Of a stretch of DNA of 64,000 nucleotides, positions 58,956 through 64,000 are shown piece after piece; position 1 is the first letter of the stretch; the number at the start of each line of letters is the position of its first letter. The notes beneath the pieces were generated by a model. That model was given only the letters and a program-made list of their open reading frames with translations. It did not search any database and had not been told where the DNA came from. A program made the position numbers and the translations under genes. This stretch comes from Octopus bimaculoides (lineage: Eukaryota), in contig NC_069007.1 in assembly GCF_001194135.2 (NCBI RefSeq), positions 5,575,294 to 5,639,293 on the forward strand, in the 5' to 3' direction.

Positions 58956-60651
58956 ATCTTAAGGTAAATCTAAGACGTCCCAAAGTAAAGAAGTCTCAAA
59001 TTTAACTATTCCAAATAAAATGCCCAGGTTAAAGATCAATGGAATTAAATATTTTCCATAATTTTCTCCGACTTCAACCTTTCACATCTCACCTTATTGG
59101 ATTTCAATATCTCCATACAATATCAACTTTGACTATGAATAACATTATTTCACAGTTGAACCCAATATGGAAACAAATATAGATTTCGGTTCTGAGTAAA
59201 TTAGAATTTCCTTTGGAGCTGTCAAAGAGGGGGGATTGGAAGCATGTCTTTGGAAAATGCAAGGAATCCAGTTTAAAATTCATTGACTATAGATTAATTA
59301 TGTCTGCATTTGGGATTCAGTTTGGGTAATATAATATATTATGTGTGTGTATGTGTGTGAATGAGTGAGAAAGAGAGAGAGAGAGAGAGTGCATGTATGC
59401 ATGAGATAGAATGGGGTATGTTTGTCTGAAAGATAGAGGGAGAGAGAGAAAGAAAGTGTGCACTTGTGAGAGAGAGAGAGAGAGAGTGTGTGTATGTGAG
59501 AGAGAGAGAGTGTGTGTGTATGTGAGAGAGAGAGTGTGTGTGTATGTGAGAGAGAGTGTATATGTATATTTAATAGAGAGAGAGAGAAAGAAAGAGTGTG
59601 TGTGTGTATTTGTGTATGTGAGCGAGAGAAACTGTGTGTGTGCATATTTATAGTCAGATATGGCTGTGTCATTTAAGAAGTTTATTGTTTCCCAGCCACA
59701 TGGCTTTGGAGTCAACCCCACCGTACAGCACTTGAGCAAGTGTCTTCAGTTGCAGGCCTGCATAGACCAAAACCTTGTGAATGAATTCGGTACATAGAAA
59801 CTGAAAGGAAGCCAACATACATGTGTATATATGTATGAATGTATGTATGTATGTATGTATGTATGTACGTATGTATGTATAGGCGTAGGAGTGGCTGTGT
59901 GGTATATAAAAGAGTAAAAGAGTATGTGTGTATGTATGTATGGATGTATAGTTGAATATAAATATAAGAGACTCTAAGGTTGAAACACTAAAGAGTGAAA
60001 AAAGAAAAACAGTTGGAATATATGGTATTCTCTCTCTCATCACAAACCTAAGTTTGTTTCTCTAAAAAGAAAAAAACTAAACATGTAATATGTAAACTTA
60101 GGGTTATATGCAAATAGCTTATCCAGTGCAGTTCTCAGCACTGTAACAGAATAAAGTAGGAGAGAAGAGAGGCTCATTCATTGGTTGTTAGGTGCACTAC
60201 TGTATGTATTAGTGTTGTACTGTAAAGCATCAACATAGAGCTACATATCATGCAGATGAAGCAGATGCTTCTCACGGTGTTTGTATTTAGCATTCAGCTC
60301 AGGAAGGCTGACAAGTGAGCTCACTCTAAAAACAGTATAAGCCAACTCAGCCGAGCAGAAGCTCTGTAACTCTTGTAAAGCAGTGACTTAGAATCATGAG
60401 AGATATTCCATTCATATCTGACAACTTTGATACCTTTTACTTGTTTTTTTGTTTTTGTCTTTTCACATGATAAAACAAGATAAGTTATGGTGATGATCAT
60501 GATTATGATAGTGAAAGATATACAGAGTTGTTGTGATGATAAACAAGATATATTTAAAGAACAAGTAATATAACTAAGTACATACACACATACATATACA
60601 TACATATCTATATATATGCATATATATACATTTATACATTTACATACACAA

Positions 60652-60718
<67 letters not shown>

Positions 60719-61589
60719 TAAAAATAATTTCTTTTTTTTTTTAGTGATATCTATATTTTATAAAAATATTTATTCTCCAATTTTAGATCAGATTTTGAAT
60801 AATAATTTATCCTAAGGAAATTTTTTCTCTCAAATAACAAAATTGTATTTATGTTTTTTTTTCTCTGAAATATTGCTTATAAATTTGTGATAACTCAAAA
60901 AAAATAAATAAATAAAAGAAAAATTTGAATTATATGAGTTGAGTCGGTGGCATTTATGTTGATTCTAAATTTTTCTGCTTTCAACTTTTCTGTTATGGGT
61001 AAAACATATCAGGTCTCCAATTTTGGCACAAGGCCAGCAATTTGGGGGAGAGTATAAATCTTTTACATCGACCCCAGTACTCAACTGGTACTTGTTTTAT
61101 CAACCATGAAAGAATGTCAGGCAAACTTGACTTTGGTGGAGTTTGGACTTAGAACATAATGACTGACAAAATGCCTCAAAAACATTTTGCCAGATGCTGT
61201 AACAATTTCGTCAACTCACCACCTTCATTAGTAAAACATATTTAATTTCATGTCAAGCTGAGAAAAATCTCTGTCATCCATCCATACAAGCTTGTCTTGT
61301 GCCAGTGTTGCATAAATGCACCGATGCCAGTGGCACATAAGAAGCACCCAAGATACTCTGAAAAGTGGTTGGTGCTAGAAGGGGCATCCAACCATATGTC
61401 TGCATTTGTTACTACTAGCACAACAGATAATTGGAATCTGGACAGCTCCCTGGCTGGCCAGCTCCAGTCAAACTGTCCAACAAAAGCCAAGCATGGAAAA
61501 CAGATGATGATGATGATGATGATGATATTATGATGAGAGTGGAAACCCTAAAACTAGGAAAAATAACTTGCATTTTTTTTTATATCAGT

Positions 61590-61988
61590 AGGAGTGGCTG
61601 TGTGGTAAGTAGCTTGCTTACCAACCACATGGTTCTGGGTTCAGTCCGACTGCTTGGCACCTTGGGCAAGTGTTTTCTACTATAGCCTCAGGCCGACCAA
61701 AGCCTTGTGAGTGGATTTGGTAGACGGAAACTGAAAGAAGCCCGTCGTATATATATATATGTATATATACATGTGTGTGTTTTTTTTGTGTCTGTTTGTC
61801 CCCCAACATCGCTTGACAACCGATGCTGGTGTGTTTACGTCCCCGTAACTTAGCGGTTCGGCAAAAGAGACCGATAGAATAAGTACTAAGCTTACAAAGA
61901 TTAAGTCCTGGGATCGATTTGCTCGACTAAAGGCGGTGCTCCAGCATGGCTGCAGTCAAATGACTGAAACAAGTAAAGAGTGAAAGAG
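61590..61988 (+). mobile_element. SINE family A, full length, young
   Basis: CpG-rich reference-like copy. Confidence 0.95.
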
Positions 61989-62840
61989 TTCTCAAGCTGG
62001 CAGAAACATTGTCATGCCAGGCGAAATGCTTAGCAATATTTTGTCTGTCTTTATACATTCTGAGTTCAAATTCCGCCAAGGTTGACTTTGCCTTTCATCC
62101 TTTCGGGATCGATAAATTAAGTACCAGTTGTGTACAACGGAAGTGCATCAGCATGGCCGCAGCTCTGAGCTGAAACTACAGCAAAAAAAAAAAAAATTTT
62201 TTTTAAAAAGCCCATTTTTGGCCTGTGGACCCTCTTGATCCCTATTTTACTCTGCTGGACCCTAATAGTCCTTTGAAGTTTAAAAATCCCTATCATATTC
62301 TTAAAATTAAATATTATTAAGAATTATATTCAAAAAATTGTTTAAATGCTTTGTGTATCGTAGAAGAATAACTAATTTGGTGCAAATTATTTTTAACAAC
62401 TAAATCTTATGAGGACCTCTAAGGGTCGTGTGTGGACCCTGGTTGAGAATGACTGATTTATATTCTAGCAAAAGGCAGTGAGCTGGCTGAATTATTAGCA
62501 CACTAGACAAAATGCTTTGCAGTATTTTGTCCATCTTTATATTCTGGGTTCAAATTCCATCAGGGTTGACATTGTCTTTCATCCTTTTAGGGTCGATGAA
62601 AAGGTGTTTATATTCTAGTTGCTCAACCAGAGTCCATATAGCCCTTGGGGGTCCATGTAAGATTCTCTTGCTGAAATTTGTGTATAATAAATTGGTTATA
62701 AGTCCTGGGGTCGATTTGCTCGACCAAAGGTGGTGCTCCAGCATGGCCACAGTCAAAAGACTGAAACAAGTAAAAGAGTAAAAGAGATATGTCTGCAACA
62801 CACAAAATACTTTAATTTTTTTAGACAATTCTTAATAATA

Positions 62841-63050
62841 CAAGGTGTTCAAAAAGTCTCTCCGCAGTAAGTATTTTATTGCAAAATAAATATTTATAAG
62901 ATGGTAGAAGACTACAAAAGAATATATTAGACTTTATAAGACTTTAAAAAAACCTTATAAGAGGTGTTGAAAGTGTCACCCTTCATTTTCAATATATAAG
63001 TTGACTCTTCTACACATGTTTTGAAATATATCTCAGAGAGTCTGACGTGG
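62841..63050 (-). mobile_element. 3' remnant of a Tc1/mariner-superfamily transposon
   Basis: TA+CAAGGTGTTCAAAAAGTC TIR-like end; minus strand DIFQNMCRRVNLYIENEG*HFQHLL* resembles the 'R...CI...GGHF.HLL*' transposase C-terminus. Confidence 0.55.
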
Positions 63051-63274
63051 TAGATCTGTAATCTTTTCTCTAGGCACAAGGCCTTAAATTTGTGGGGATT
63101 GGGGTAGTCAGTTACACCGACCCCAGTACTCAACTGGTACTTAATTTATTATTCATTAATAAATTATTATTTATTAAGCTTGATTTACTTCCTTTATTAA
63201 TTAGCATTTCAGCAAAAGATATTAATAGAATAAGTACCACGCTTCCACCACCTGCCCACCACCACCACCAAAAA

Positions 63275-63660
63275 AGGTTTCTATAGCTGGATGCCCTTTC
63301 TAACACCAATAACTCCGAGAGTGAAGTGGGTGTTTTTTACGTGCCACTGGCACAGGAGCCAGTCAGGTGGGCCTGGCATAGTGTTTTTTATGTGCCACTG
63401 GCATGGGAGCATGTCAGGGGATACTGGCATTGGCCATGTTCGGATGGTGCTTTTCTGAGCCACCGGCATGGGAGCCAGTCAGGGGGCACTGGCCACAGCT
63501 ACGATTTTGGTTTTACTTGACTCAACAGGTCTTGTCAAGCATATCATATTGCCTGACACATCAAGGGTACACTTAATTGGGCTGGACATGTATGGCTACG
63601 ATCTCACTTTAGTTGCCAGGTCTTCTCAATCACAGCATATCTCCAAAGGTCTCAGTCTCA
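63275..63660 (-). mobile_element. RTE LINE end: ORF terminus plus ~4 hairpin units of the 3'UTR array
   Basis: Minus strand RDLWRYAVIEKTWQLK, then gcttgacaagacctgttgagtcaagtaaaa (as at 14095), then gtgccagtggcac units. Confidence 0.75.
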
Positions 63661-64000
63661 TAGTTAGACACTAGAGATTTTATTAAAATAGAGTTAGTCC
63701 AATATAACAGTGAAGAGAATATAACTATTGCATGAATATGGTTGAAAATGACTTGTTTTGATACATTATAAAGATCGTTGGTGTACATTATAAATATGAC
63801 TTTCACCTGTTGTTGTTAAATTTTACCTGTTGTCATGTTACTGTCACTTGTCAAGATGTAAGTGACATAACAATTTGACTAGAAGTGTTCTTGCATATAT
63901 TTACAAGATTTTAATACCTAGGCATCGATTAAATCATTAGTAAATAAATATATAACGATAAACGAACCATTAATAAGTAATATTACTGAACTCTAAACTC

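Noticed and set aside
60321-60420. Possible minus-strand exon YEWNISHDSKSLLYKSYRASARLSWLILFL with GA|gtgagc donor
   Set aside because: The acceptor lacks a polypyrimidine tract and the peptide is unrecognised.

Overview
AT-rich, gap-riddled (many N runs), microsatellite-saturated eukaryotic genomic DNA with no confidently identifiable host gene. The repeat repertoire (tRNA-headed SINEs with a CORE-like 'ccttgggcaagtg' block, RTE tails ending (GAT)n, abundant (TA)n/(CA)n/(ATT)n/(GAT)n) is what I would expect from a coleoid cephalopod (Octopus-like); this assignment is inference. Nearly all listed ORFs are artefacts of simple repeats or gaps. The real coding remnants are all decayed transposons: RTE LINE 3' ends (6.6, 20.6, 63.5 kb), an L1/Tx1-type C-terminus (28 kb), an R4/Dong-type RLE endonuclease (31.2 kb), an internally deleted DD34D mariner with both TIRs (33.9-35.0 kb), two different Penelope-like (PLE) fragments (RT+GIY-YIG, and a second GIY-YIG, 41.2-42.8 kb), a Helitron PIF1-helicase 3' end (49 kb) and a DD34E IR/DR Tc1 (54.7-55.8 kb). 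At least four SINE families (labelled A, B, F, I here), one unclassified retroposon (G) and several MITEs are present. The most striking object is a ~550-bp palindrome at 51.12-51.68 kb: two tRNA-derived Pol III promoters back-to-back, each followed by an (AAT)n linker and a minimal hammerhead ribozyme of the Penelope type. A degenerate hammerhead of the same architecture lies 3' of the PLE GIY-YIG at 43.06 kb, suggesting a PLE-dependent, ribozyme-bearing palindromic SINE system.
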